Source: Hemiscyllium ocellatum (taxonomy: Eukaryota). From it: DNA of 64,000 nucleotides. The notes below the pieces were generated by a model that saw only the letters and a list, made by a program, of their open reading frames with translations, was not told where the DNA came from and searched no databases. Below are positions 50,103-61,260 of the stretch, in pieces. The stretch covers positions 75,965,465-76,029,464 of the forward strand of contig NC_083420.1 of NCBI RefSeq assembly GCF_020745735.1, written 5' to 3'. Both the position numbers and the translations under genes were made by a program. Position 1 is the stretch's first letter, and the number at the start of each line of letters is the position of its first letter.

Positions 50103-50395
50103 TTCTGTTGATTAGATTCGGAGTTTGTTTTACTTGATTCTGTTGAATTGAGTTGATTGGATTTTGGCGTTGTTTTAGTTGATTCGGGTTGAAGTGTGTT
50201 GGTTGGATTCTGACTTTGTTTTTACTTGGTTTTGTTGAATTGTGTTGATTGACTTTTGAAATTGTTTTATTTGATTCTGTTGAATTGAATTGGTTGGATT
50301 CTGATTATATTTCATTCAAATCTGTTGTTTTAAGTTGATTGGATTCTGATTTTGTTTTCCTTGTTTCTGTTGAATTGAGTTGATTGGATTCTTAT
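50103..50395. repeat. 45-46-bp G/T-rich minisatellite, ~6.5 units, in the J-C intron
   Basis: Anchor TGTTGAATTG-like at 50141, 50187, 50233, 50278, 50323, 50368; consensus ~TTGATTCTGTTGAATTGAGTTGATTGGATTCTGA(N)TTGTTTT. Confidence 0.88.
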
Positions 50396-52000
50396 TCAGT
50401 TTGTGAAATTGATCTGCGTTTTCATGCTTTCTGAATCGATGTTTTCTTTCTGGTGAGGTGATTGACTCTCTGGATTACTTTTCATTACCAATATTTGTGA
50501 AGTTCTTTTGTTTTTCATGAATCATTTCTGCATTCGTTAAACTTATATGACACATTTTTCTCTGCTTGATTGAAAACATGACATCCATTTGTAACGGTCT
50601 GAAAAACAACTTAAGGCAGAAACCCAGATGTGTGAGAAATGAAAAAAACCGAGTTTTTAATGGATTGACTTAAAAAAAACTCAGTTCTAATTGTAAATGA
50701 ACTGACTTTTGTTTTAAGTAGCCTCATTCAAAATAAAATTTGGGACCTAAATCTGAAACTGCAGAATTGATCAGATTACGTAATTGAAACTGACTTAAAA
50801 TTATAATGTGGTAATATTTGTCCATTCAGTAATTTTGTTTTGACCATGAGGTGATTAATCAATATATGCCTTCAACCCCACTCTACTGTGCACTGCACAA
50901 GATTGTCATGATCAGGAAGGGTGTGCAGGTTAGAAATAAATTGAACTATTGCCAGAAACGTTACAGCTTTAAGTGTTAAGTTCCCTCACAAACAAGGTTG
51001 CTATTATGACCTGTTATTTCTATTCAATTTAATCATTAGTTTGCTTGATTCTGAGCAGCTTTGTTAGACTTCAATTTGGTTTTATTTGTGAGGTGACATC
51101 ATGTTCTTGGTTCTGTTGAAAATGTTTGCAGAGCTAGTTCTGCTGCAAACATACCGTGCTGTGATCTGGTGATCGTTATCTGTTGAGGAGGGACTGTGCT
51201 TGGGTAACATTAAATGTGTTATATTTGGGAAACCGTTTCTGGTTTCTAAATTGTTTTTGCAATGTTAACACGGTTGGTGACAGTGAACTGCTCTTTCCTC
51301 ATTCAATGCAATCAGCATGCGAGTTAAAATTTCATAAAGTCTATTATAAAGTGAAAGGCAAATCGCACAGGTTTTAGAAATGAAGGGAAAACAGATACCT
51401 TCAGGTGCTATTTTTACTTAAAATAAATAACTAAGGATTAATCTAATCCATGCTTTACAATCCAAATTCGAAACTCAACTATCTAGTTCAATCACAAGGT
51501 CTGTCTTTAAGCAGTTTACAAGTCATAGAGAAATATAAATAGAATTTCAAAAGTCTAATGTTCTAATAGTTCTTGCTCTTGAGCAAAAATGCCATGACTG
51601 TGCTATAATTGATCAAGAAACACCTTTCAATTCCCCTGTACACTACATACATATTTTCCTGGCTGGAAAAGATCATTGGCAAAGACCATTTGGAAATTCT
51701 GCTCAATTCTATGAAGAACAGATCAGTTTCACTGCTTTGATCAGTTTCACATATAACTTGAGTTAATTAATTGTTATGTCCCTGATTAAACTGGATTTGC
51801 AGGATAAAAATAAAACATTAACTGAATTATTTAACCTGCACAGTGCTTTAGGTGTTCCCAATCTGTGCATGTTAAATAAATAGTTACATATTACAACAAA
51901 ATATCAACTGAAGAGTCATTCTTCGGGAAACAATTGCTATAGTGAATTATGTGACCAACCAAATTTCGAATTAATTAAAGTAATCCACTCATCAACTCCA

Positions 52001-52340
52001 GGGCAGCATGGTGGCTCAGTGATTGGCATTGCTGCCTCACAGCGCCAGGGTCCCAAATTTGATTCCACCCTCGGGTGACTGCCTGTGTGGAGTTTGCACA
52101 TTCTCCCTGTGTCTGTGTGGGTTTCCTTCGAGTGCTGTGGTTTCCTACCACAGTCCAAAAGATGTGCAGGTCAGGTGATTGTGCAGTTTAGCACAGTCAT
52201 AGTGTTCAGGGATGTCTAGGTTAGGGTGCATTAGTCAGGGGTAAATATAAATTAGGGGGAATGGGTCTGGGTGGTCTACTTACTGTTCAGAGGGTCAGTG
52301 TGGAATTGTTGGGCCAAATGGCCCGTTTCCATACTGTAGG
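52001..52340 (+). mobile_element. HE1-type SINE (J-C intron)
   Basis: GGGCAGCATGGTGGCTCAGTG...GCTGCCTCACAGCGCCAGGG...TGTGTGGAGTTTGCACATTCTCCC. Confidence 0.82.
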
Positions 52341-52585
52341 AACTCTCCTCTTAAAACCATGGGAGTACTTGCTGCAAACGCAGAAAATTCATTTTACATC
52401 GATGTGTTCAGGCGTATGCAGAGTTCACAAATTTGCAGAAGACATGAACTAGAGGATAACAGAGCACATTGTTTATTCAAACACTGAAAATAGAGTAATA
52501 TTTATTTTAATTAATATACTTGATCGATTTATTGCAATGTAGCGATCTGAAGTAATCTGCTCACATTAGTTCAGTGTGACAATCA

Positions 52586-52875
52586 TTTAGATTAGATTTC
52601 CTGCAGTATGTATCAGGCCATTTGGCCCAACAAGTCCACACCGACCCTCTGAAGCATAACCCACCCAGACCCATTCCCCTACCCTATATTTACCCCTGAC
52701 TAATGCACCTAACACTATAGACAATATAGCATGACTAGTTCACCTGACTTGCACATCTTTGGATTTTGGGAGGAAATCCACACAGACACAGGGGAGATTG
52801 TGTAAAATCCACATAGGCCGTCACCTGAGGCTGGAACCGAGCCTGGGTACCTGGATCTGTGAGGCAGCAGTGCCC
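52586..52875 (-). mobile_element. HE1-type SINE (J-C intron), inverted relative to the 52001 copy
   Basis: TTAGATTAG tail, CCCAACAAGTCCACACCGACC, TTGCACATCTTTGGA, GTGAGGCAGCAGTGC. Confidence 0.8.
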
Positions 52876-55574
52876 ACATTTACTTAGACATCCGTTAAAG
52901 TGGGCAACTCCAGACAGAAGCATGTTTTCAATTCATACCTTTTTCAACATTTTAGTTCATTACAAGCAGTAAACAAGAAAATAACCTTGCCCTAATTCCT
53001 TCAACAGAAATGCTTTCCACACTGGAATGCAGTATTGTTTATGCAGTGCATGCAAAATCTCCACAATTCGAGGAACGTTTTAAGAATATGTAAAAATAAT
53101 TTAGAGAATAATCCATTTCCTCCAGATCTGTGCTTTAATTGGCGATATTTCCCACCTCAATAATTTTGTTAAATACAATGACTTATTAAGTTTATGAACT
53201 CAGTGGTTATTTATGTTCATTGTGAACACATTCTCGTTCACATTAATCCACTGGTTAGTTCCTCTGATGAATATTCAATTACAGTGAATATATTTGATGT
53301 GAGGAGTTGAGCAATGTATCCTCTGGGATTAAGTCTGTTGTACAGTTTGTTTCAGTGCTATCTCTGACTAACTTGTCCACGGTCCTGACCATTTATAAAT
53401 TGTCCAGTTCGGATACCTGAATCTCAGACAGTTCAATTTTATCTCGCGCTTCAAAACCACTTTTATCTGCCAGAAATACAATATTTGATTAGGTGCCTCA
53501 GAATTGAGAGCCCTGACTAAGTTGTTCCAATCAGAACGAACGTTTCAGGATCAAAAGGCAGATAGCAAGAGATTTGAAATTGGTTGTTGACAACAAGAGA
53601 TATTTGATTGAGCGAGGCAGAGGGAAATATGCTGCAGATTTTCTTTGTGCCTCAGTTATGCAGGAGATGTTTCGTGGCACTATGTAAAATCAGATTTTTT
53701 TTTGCATCTTATTATTTGAAAACTTATTATCAGCAATGGTCTTATTACACTTCAAAACATTATAATCTTTTTCAAACTAAGTAGACCGTCTGGTGCAGCA
53801 ACATTCACAGGGGAAAGAGGAAGGGAGTTCGAGGTTGGAATCTAGTGACAGTGAATTGATGGCAATGCAATTCCTAGTTTTATTGCTCTGTAGTTCCCAT
53901 CGAGTTTGAACAATTTGGAGCAGCTGTCAAAGTATTCTTGGATAAACGTTGAAATGTTACTTCCATTGTACTAACATTCTGGAACAATCCCTGGTTGTTG
54001 GAAGGTGTTAATAACTAACATGGTTTATAAACTGTCAAAACAGGTGAGCTGTGTTCTCCGTGATAGTGTCGAGCTCATTGTGTTCAGGTCTGTTGTGATG
54101 TTGTGGTAGGGTCCCTGATTCTGTGTCAGGTGGCCTGTGTTCACTTACAACCTGTTAGAGAGGTATGTAACACCATCTCTTATCAGGTTACTTCAGTACA
54201 AGAAAGCAGATTGAGATGTTTGGGTGTTTGTTGGAATTCCACTCACAGAGGCCAGTGAAATCTATTCAATCGCTGTCCTGACTTGTGTCTCTTAGATATT
54301 AAACAGAATTTTGGTGGTTAGCAGCTTTTTCCAGATCAATATTTGTTCACAAGCTTTTGGGCATCGCTAGATGGGGTTAATGGAGTAAGTGCTCAAAGAA
54401 ATCCCAGCTTTTGACTTGCTGTTCTAACAATATCATTTATAACTAATCCCGAATGAATCATTTTCAAAGTATATTTGATGAGATTTTGCTTAGGCTGTTT
54501 TACTTTATATTAAACCAGTGCTGTAGCTGAATTTGATAGTTCAGTACGGTGGGGGTTCCGCTGAATCCAACACTTGCAGCAGCAGATGGTGATAGCTTTT
54601 CAGTTGGTCTTCCATTGCTATCTCAGACCGTCCAGTACCTCTGCTAAGAATCCTTTTTCCAACAGGAGTCAAGCCAACGGAATCAGTGTTTATCTCAACG
54701 GGTGTGAGCTCTTGTGCCAAAAACATGAAAACAATTTGGTGAAGAGGGGGTCTCTGGATGGGAAAGGTTAACCTTGCCTTCTCTCCACAGGAGCTGCTAG
54801 ACCTGCTGAGTTTCTTCAGACGTTTCTGTCTTTATTTTGGTTTTCTAGCATTTAAAGTTTGTTGTTTCATTGAAAAACGTTCTGTTCGATTAAACACGTT
54901 CTTCAGAGAAAAGATGCATTTGAATAAATTGCGAATGTTCAGAGATATTATTGAATTTGAGTGCCCTGATCTCGAGCTGTAGTTTCACAAGAAACTATTA
55001 TGAAGTAACAACACACTGCAGAGTGCAGTGGCTGCTGTAATTGGGTGGAAGTTATTTTGATCACTCAAATAGAGAATGTCAGTGATCCCGTTCAAAATAA
55101 TCAACAGAAGTTTTTTTTAAAGCATGTGTGAAACAATTAATTTATCGAAATATTTTAATCAGAAGTATTCACGGCCAGTGCTAGCTTAATGAATGACACA
55201 ATGATAGGAAGGTAGGAACAAGAGGAGGGCACTCAGCCCCTCTAGTTGTTCCCCCACTTACTTAGATCATGGTGCATCTGTGAGCTCAATCCACAGGTCT
55301 CCCTTTGGCTAAAGCTATTTAACACCTTTGTTTAACAAGCAAAAACTATCCCAGATTTACTGATTCGACTGCCCATAACAAAGGGAGACACCATTTCTGA
55401 AAGACATTCCTGTGAGTACTGTGACACAATGAGGCTGGAATTAATTGCTCATGAAAGTTTAAATATCTGACAATTTCCAATTGAAACATCCCAATCATCA
55501 TATTTCATTAATTTAACACTATACTTCCCTGGAATCAAGAAATATAATGTGTGATTGCCTTGCTAAAAATGAGG

Positions 55575-55775
55575 AGAAAGTGAGGACTGCAGATGCTGGA
55601 GATCAGAGCTGAAAATGTGTTGCTGGAAAAGCACAGCAGGTCAGGCAGCATCCAAGGAGCAGGAGAATCGACGTTTCGGGCATGAGCCCTTCTTCAGGAA
55701 GGGCTCCTTGGATGCTGCCTGCTCCTTGGATGCTGCCTGACCTGCTGCGCTTTTCCAGCAATACATTTTCAGCAG
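55575..55775. mobile_element. Penelope-derived fold-back mini-insertion with a 15-bp TSD; intact hammerhead core on the - strand (55665-55700)
   Basis: TTGCTAAAAATGAGG at 55560-55574 and 55776-55790; the minus strand reads TTC-CTGAAGA-A-GGGC-TCAT-GCCC-GAAA-CGTC. Confidence 0.82.
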
Positions 55776-55874
55776 TTGCTAAAAATGAGGGAAGCTTCAT
55801 TCCTATTATATGATTAAGAAATAGCTCTGTTCATTCAGTGAAAACACAGTCAAATCACTCAAAAGGAAACCATG

Positions 55875-56078
55875 ATTTGGAGATGCTGGTGTTGGACTGG
55901 GGTGTACAAAGTTAAAAATCACACAACCCCAGGTTATAGTCCAACAGGTTTAATTGGAAGCACACTAGCTTTTGGAGCGACGCTCCTTTATCAGGTGATA
56001 GTGGAGCGTCACTCCGAAAGCTAGTTTTCTTCCAATTAAACCTGTTGGACTATAACTTGGTGTTGTGTGATTTTTAAA
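55875..56078. mobile_element. Second-family Penelope-derived fold-back insertion with a 14-bp TSD
   Basis: AAAAGGAAACCATG at 55861-55874 and 56079-56092; arms AAAAATCACACAAC...CTAGCTTT / GAAAGCTAG...GTTGTGTGATTTTT; homologous to 25800-25900. Confidence 0.8.
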
Positions 56079-57581
56079 AAAAGGAAACCATGTCATCTTG
56101 TGTAGACACACAAGTGCCTCAAATAATTTTCAATTCTTCTAGTGGTTGTTTGAATCTCTAGACAGGTGTGGAAGTGTCAGACTTTTTATATCGCCTTGAG
56201 AAACCAGTTGTCATCAGTCTATTTGAATTGCTGAAGTTTGTGTGGTATTAGCATATTCACAGCGCTGTTAGGAAGTGAGTCCCATGGCTGTGATTGAGGA
56301 AGAGGAAACGGGCAGGGAAATAGTTGAGAGTTAAGTTGAAGTCTGATTTGGAGGAAAGCTTTACATGCATGTGTGCCCTTATCCTCAAGGATCACAATTT
56401 TGGAATATGCTGCCGAAGGGACATGTCAGCATGCAAAATGGAAGCTGAAGAAGGCATCTCGGCCTCTCTAGAAGGCTATTCCATTCATGGGGTCATCATT
56501 AATCTTGCTGCTCATCAATCTTCCCAACACACTGATAACATTGAACCTGATTTGTTTACTGTTCAACACAAGAATGGTGAATTCGTTTGGAATTCTCCAC
56601 CACAGAAATTCATAGATTCAAGACTCATAGATTCTTGAAAGCGTTGTCTCAAGTACCTAGTGTGTTGAAGGTGTTTGGCGCACGTACCTTCATTGGTCAG
56701 AGCACTGAGTGCAGGAGTTAGGGCTTCATGTTGTAATTGTCCAAAACATAGGAATGAACTGCCAGAGGAAGTGGTAAATGCAGAGATCGGTCCCACATTG
56801 AGAAGACATTTGAACAGCTACAGGAACTGGATCGGTCTGGATGGATATGGACCAAAGGCAGGCAAGTGGAATGAGTTTAATTTGGGAACTCTGGTCAGCA
56901 TGGATGGGCTGGACCAAAGGAACTGTTTCTGTGCTGTACGACTTTATGTCTCACTGACTTTATGGTGGATAGGCTCAAAGTTGGAACGTGGTGAGCAAGT
57001 GAGGGGCTAGATTGGGCATGTGGGAGAGTTTGGGCTGGTAGGCTGGTAGGCTGGCTGCTGGGTAAGCTTGCGTGCACTCTGTCTGGCAAGGCGGCATCAA
57101 GGGAAATGGTAATGGTCACAGGATAATTTGGTCGAATTGTGCTTGCTAGGTGAGGGGTAGTTTGAGCTGAAATGCAGGAGGTCTGTCTTTGCCAGGCTGG
57201 TTTATGGAGAGGTGGTCAGGATGCCAGGCTGGTTAGTGTAGAGATGGGCAGAGTGCCAGGATGTTTCAGGGGGTGGAAGGTCACTGTAATGAAGTGACAG
57301 GTGGACGTGTTGTCAAAATGCAAAGCTCGGAGTCTGGCAAAATGGTAGGTTGTAAAGCACAGATGCCAAAGGAGCTAGGATGCAATGTGCACAGGTTGTC
57401 TTGGGTAAGATGAGAGGTCAGTGATCAAGGGCTGAGGTCATGTCTTGGGTAGTGGGCTTTTGTCAGAGTTTGTGAAAATGATGGTGTCAGGTCCAGTCAG
57501 GGCCAGGTTCACCATGGACCAGGTACAGGGTGGCAGGAGTGTAAATGACTGAAAGGAATTGAGATCATATGTCCATCTGGA

Positions 57582-58242
57582 ATATAGAATATAGAACATT
57601 ACTGTGCAGTACAGGCCCTTCAGCCCTCGATGGTTCCACAGGTCAGTGTAAAAATCTGAAGCCTATCTATCCTACACTATTCCATTTTCATCCATATGTT
57701 TATCCAATGACCTTTTAAATGCCCTTAAAGTGGGCGAGTGTACTATTGTTGCAGGCAGTGCGTTCCATGCCCCTACTACTCTCTGAGTTAAGAAACAACC
57801 TCTGACATCTGTCATCTATGTCCTCTCCTGCTAGCCATCACTATTCAAGGAAAAAGACTTTCACTGTCCACCCTCTGTTTATCTTTTATGTCTCAATTAA
57901 GTCAACCTTCTTCTCTCAAACAAAAACAGCCTCAAGACCCTCATCCTTTCCTCATTAAACCTTCCCGCCATACCAAACAACATCCTGGTAAACCTCCTCT
58001 GAACTCTTCCAAAGCTTCCACATTCTCTCTATAATGTGGCGACCAGAACAGTACACAATACTCCAAGTGCAGCTACACCAGAGTTTTGTACAGCTGCAAC
58101 CTAACCTCGTGGTTCTGAAACTCAGTCCCTCTATCGATGAAAGCCAGCACAAAGTATGCCTTCTTAACAACTCTATCAAACTGGCTGGCAACTTTTAGGG
58201 ATCTGTGTACATGGGCACCGAGATCTCTCTGCTCAGCTACAC
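57582..58242 (-). mobile_element. CR1 3' fragment inserted into a G-rich tract
   Basis: ATAGAATATAGAAC tail; ORF 57955..58191 (-) carries CR1 C-terminal text; degenerate 12-bp TSD TGTCCATCTGGA (57570) / TGTCAATATGGA (58243). Confidence 0.8.
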
Positions 58243-58749
58243 TGTCAATATGGATTGCCTTGGATGTGTTTTGTGTGATAGGGGATTGTGTGTTCCGGGC
58301 ATGAATGGGTGTATAGCAGGGTGGGGTTTGTCAATGTGAGTGGAAATTTAGGTCTAGGCAGAGTAAGTGCAGTGGTTAGTCTGAGAGATGAGGTTTGGTG
58401 GTGAACTGCGTATCAGTTTGATAGTTATTAAAGTTAAAGATTACTTGTTCATTTCTCAAATCATATTTACATAAATACTCAGCTGTAACACTCCAAAGTC
58501 TCTGAACCTTAATGGTCCTCCATTTTTCAGAGGCCTCCAGAATTCAGATAATTGTAAATTAGATGTTTCAACTTCCAGCCAATTGGCCTGAGTTCAGCCG
58601 TGACAGCCATCCTCCCCGTCCCAGTGCTCAGCTCCTGCCTGTGCTGCTGCTGCTGCAGTGACCTTCCTCCCAGAGAGAACATTCTGTCTTACATTGATAA
58701 GTGAGGAAGGCTCACTGGACTTGATTTCCAAGTATGGGGACGGCAAACA

Positions 58750-59020
58750 CGAGGGGACACAACTTTAAAGTGAGGGGAGACAGGTATAAGACAGATAGCA
58801 GAGGTAGTTTCTTTACTCATTGAGTAGTAAGGGTATGGAGTGCGTTGCCTGCAATGGTAGTAGATTCGCCAAGTTTAAGTACATTTAAGTTGTCATTGGA
58901 CAGGCCTATGCATGTACATGGAATAGTGTAGGTGGGATGGGCTTCATATTAGTATGTCAGGGCAGCGCAACATCGAGGGCCGAAGGGCCTGCACTGCACT
59001 GTGATGTTCTATGTTCTATG
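58750..59020 (+). mobile_element. CR1 3' end
   Basis: Collinear with 12770-13025 (GGTAGTAGATTCGCCAA...GAGGGCCGAAGGGCCTG...TTCTATGTTCTATG). Confidence 0.85.
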
Positions 59021-59087
59021 ATTCACTCTGATTTCTCTCCGGGGGTACTGCCAGCTGTTGGGTATTTCCAGCAGCACGGTACCTAGT

Positions 59088-59400
59088 GGGGCGGCACGCT
59101 GGTTCCATGGTTAGCGCTGCTGCCTCACAGTGCTAGGGACTCTGGCTCCATTCCAGCCTCGGGTAACTGTCTGTGTGGAGTTGGCACTTTCTCCCCATAT
59201 CTGTGTGCATTTCCTCCCACAGTCCAAATCTGTACAAGCTGGGGAAATTATGAATGTTGTGTTCAGTGATTGGGAGGTTAGATGCATTAGTCAGGGTTAA
59301 CCGTAGCATAATAGGGTAGAGGAATGGGTCTGGATGCGTTTCTTTTCAGAGGGTGGGTGTGGACTTGTTGGGCCAAATGGCCTGTTTGCACACACTGTAG
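59088..59400 (+). mobile_element. HE1-type SINE
   Basis: GGGGCGGCACG...GGTTAGCGCTGCTGCCTCACAG...GGGTGGGTGTGGACTTGTTGGGCC. Confidence 0.8.
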
Positions 59401-59750
59401 AATTTCAATGAACCTGCATTTCCTTGGTTTGTATTTTGTGAAACTTCTCTGCTCTTCACAGCAATCCAATGAAAGTGTCAATTGGTGAGATCTTCAAACA
59501 GTTACTGGGGTGGGATCAGGATGTTCTTCTTCCTAAATTATATGGCAATGGTCAAGGTCGAGGGCATGTTTCTCAAGAGGGAACCAATGATCATGATCAG
59601 CAACTGGTAGGAAACAAAAATAAACTCCAGTTATGCTGTAGACTTCAGCGGGAGCATACTGGCAAACGGTTACAGCTGAGGATACATTTGAGTAACTGAT
59701 AAGGTCAAATTAACAGAAACTAACATGCTCAACTGGTCATTCTATTGTAG

Positions 59751-60059
59751 AGACACCATCTCCCCCCACGCTTTATGGCCTGGTCTCCTCCTGTGAGGAG
59801 CACAACACCGGTTCGACAATCTTTGGTTGTTTGGTGATGGACTATTCCCCTGACGTCACCAAGGTAACCTGGAAGAAAGGTGGGGTGCTAATCACGAATG
59901 GTGGATTGAAGACTTACCCATCAGTGAGAAACAAGAAGGGAACCTACACCCTGAGCAGCCAGTTAACCCTGCCCGGGTCAGCGGTAGATTGCCCCAGCAA
60001 AATCTACTGTGAGGTTCAACACAGCGGGTCACACAAGAGCAAAGAAATGCCATGTCCAG
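59751..60059 (+). CDS. IGHM: IgM heavy-chain constant domain 1 (CH1) exon
   Basis: Acceptor TCTATTGTAG, phase 1. (E)[102 protein letters not shown]. Donor G|GTACGT, 309 nt. Canonical C1-set Cys/Trp/Cys plus the N-terminal L-chain Cys. Confidence 0.96.
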
Positions 60060-60099
60060 GTACGTATTGTGGGAACTGAGATAAACAGAGCATCTGGCA

Positions 60100-61260
60100 T
60101 TAATATGAATAAGGCATTATTTATAACCATTTTCACAGAATCCCCTTATACAGCACAGGAAAAAGGCCCTTTGATCCATCCAGTTTACGCCTATCAATAA
60201 CAGCCACCTAACTATTCCAGTCTCATGTGCCAGCACATGATCCATTGCCTTGTGTGACTTGCCCTTGCAAGGATGCATCTCAATACTTCATACTTATTAT
60301 GAGAGGCTCAGTCTCTACATGACTTATAGGTGCTGAGCTCCAGGCTAACACCACCCTCTGTTTGATTTTGTTTTCCCCTGAGATCCACTTGGAACCTCCT
60401 GGCCTTACCTTCACCCTGTGCCCCTGAGGCATTGATCTCTCCATCAAGGGGAAAGGTTTCATCCAGTTTACCCAGTCTATGCCTAAAATAATTCTAGACA
60501 TCATGATAATCTTCTCCCTAATTCTCCTCTGCTTCAAGGAAAACTCCTGTCTATCTCATCTAGTTTCATAACTAAAACCCTCCAACCCAGGCAAGATCCT
60601 GGCAAATCTAATCAATACTGCCTTCAGTGTAATCACATTCCTTCGATAACATGCACACAACGCTTCAGTATGGCCTAACCAGTGTTCTATTAATTTCCAG
60701 TATCATCTCCCGATTCTTCATTGTCAATGTCTAGGCTAATAAAAGCAAATATCCTCCCACCTTCTTAGTCTCTTTATCCAGACGACACAGTACTATAGGG
60801 GATCGGTGGGTACATGCACCAAAGATCCTCAGGCCTTTCCAGGGTTCCACCATTCAAAATGTCATACCTCACAGATTCTTCTGCCGAATTACATTACCTT
60901 ACATTTATCCAGAATAATTTCCATTTGCAACTTCTCTTCACATACAACCAACCCTTTTATATCCTCCTGCAATCTAAAGCCATAATGCTCATGACTTACC
61001 AACATGACAGTTTTCATTTCATCTGTGAATTCGCTGGTTAGTCCTCCTAAATTTGAGTCTCAATCATTGGTATGTAAGAGAAATAACGTGGAAATCAACC
61101 CCAATCCCTACAGAACACCAGGAGACATAGATTCCCAGTCACCCAGACACCCGATGACTATTATCCCCTGCTCCCATCACTCAGCCAGTTCTCGATCCAA
61201 TCTGTCAAATTAACTCGGATCCCATTGGCTCTGATTATTGCTATCATCTGGACATCGAGT
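60100..61260 (-). mobile_element. Degenerate CR1 RT-3' fragment in the CH1-CH2 intron
   Basis: ORF 60280..60537 (-) GIDWVNWMKPFPLMERSMPQGHRVKVR is a CR1 C-terminus. Confidence 0.7.

Noticed and set aside
54650-54745. Strong-looking acceptor (CCTTTTTCCAACAG) in the J-C intron giving an in-frame 25-aa tail and stop, i.e. a possible VH-only product
   Set aside because: No Ig-domain features or nearby supporting poly(A) signal. Pseudo-acceptors are expected in a 10-kb intron, and it would need RNA junction evidence.
59990-60059. Extra CH1 cysteines (VDCP, MPCP) as a novel disulfide pattern
   Set aside because: As far as I recall, conventional nurse-shark IgM CH1 has Cys at comparable positions, so they are probably ordinary for this lineage. 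Not verifiable without an alignment.
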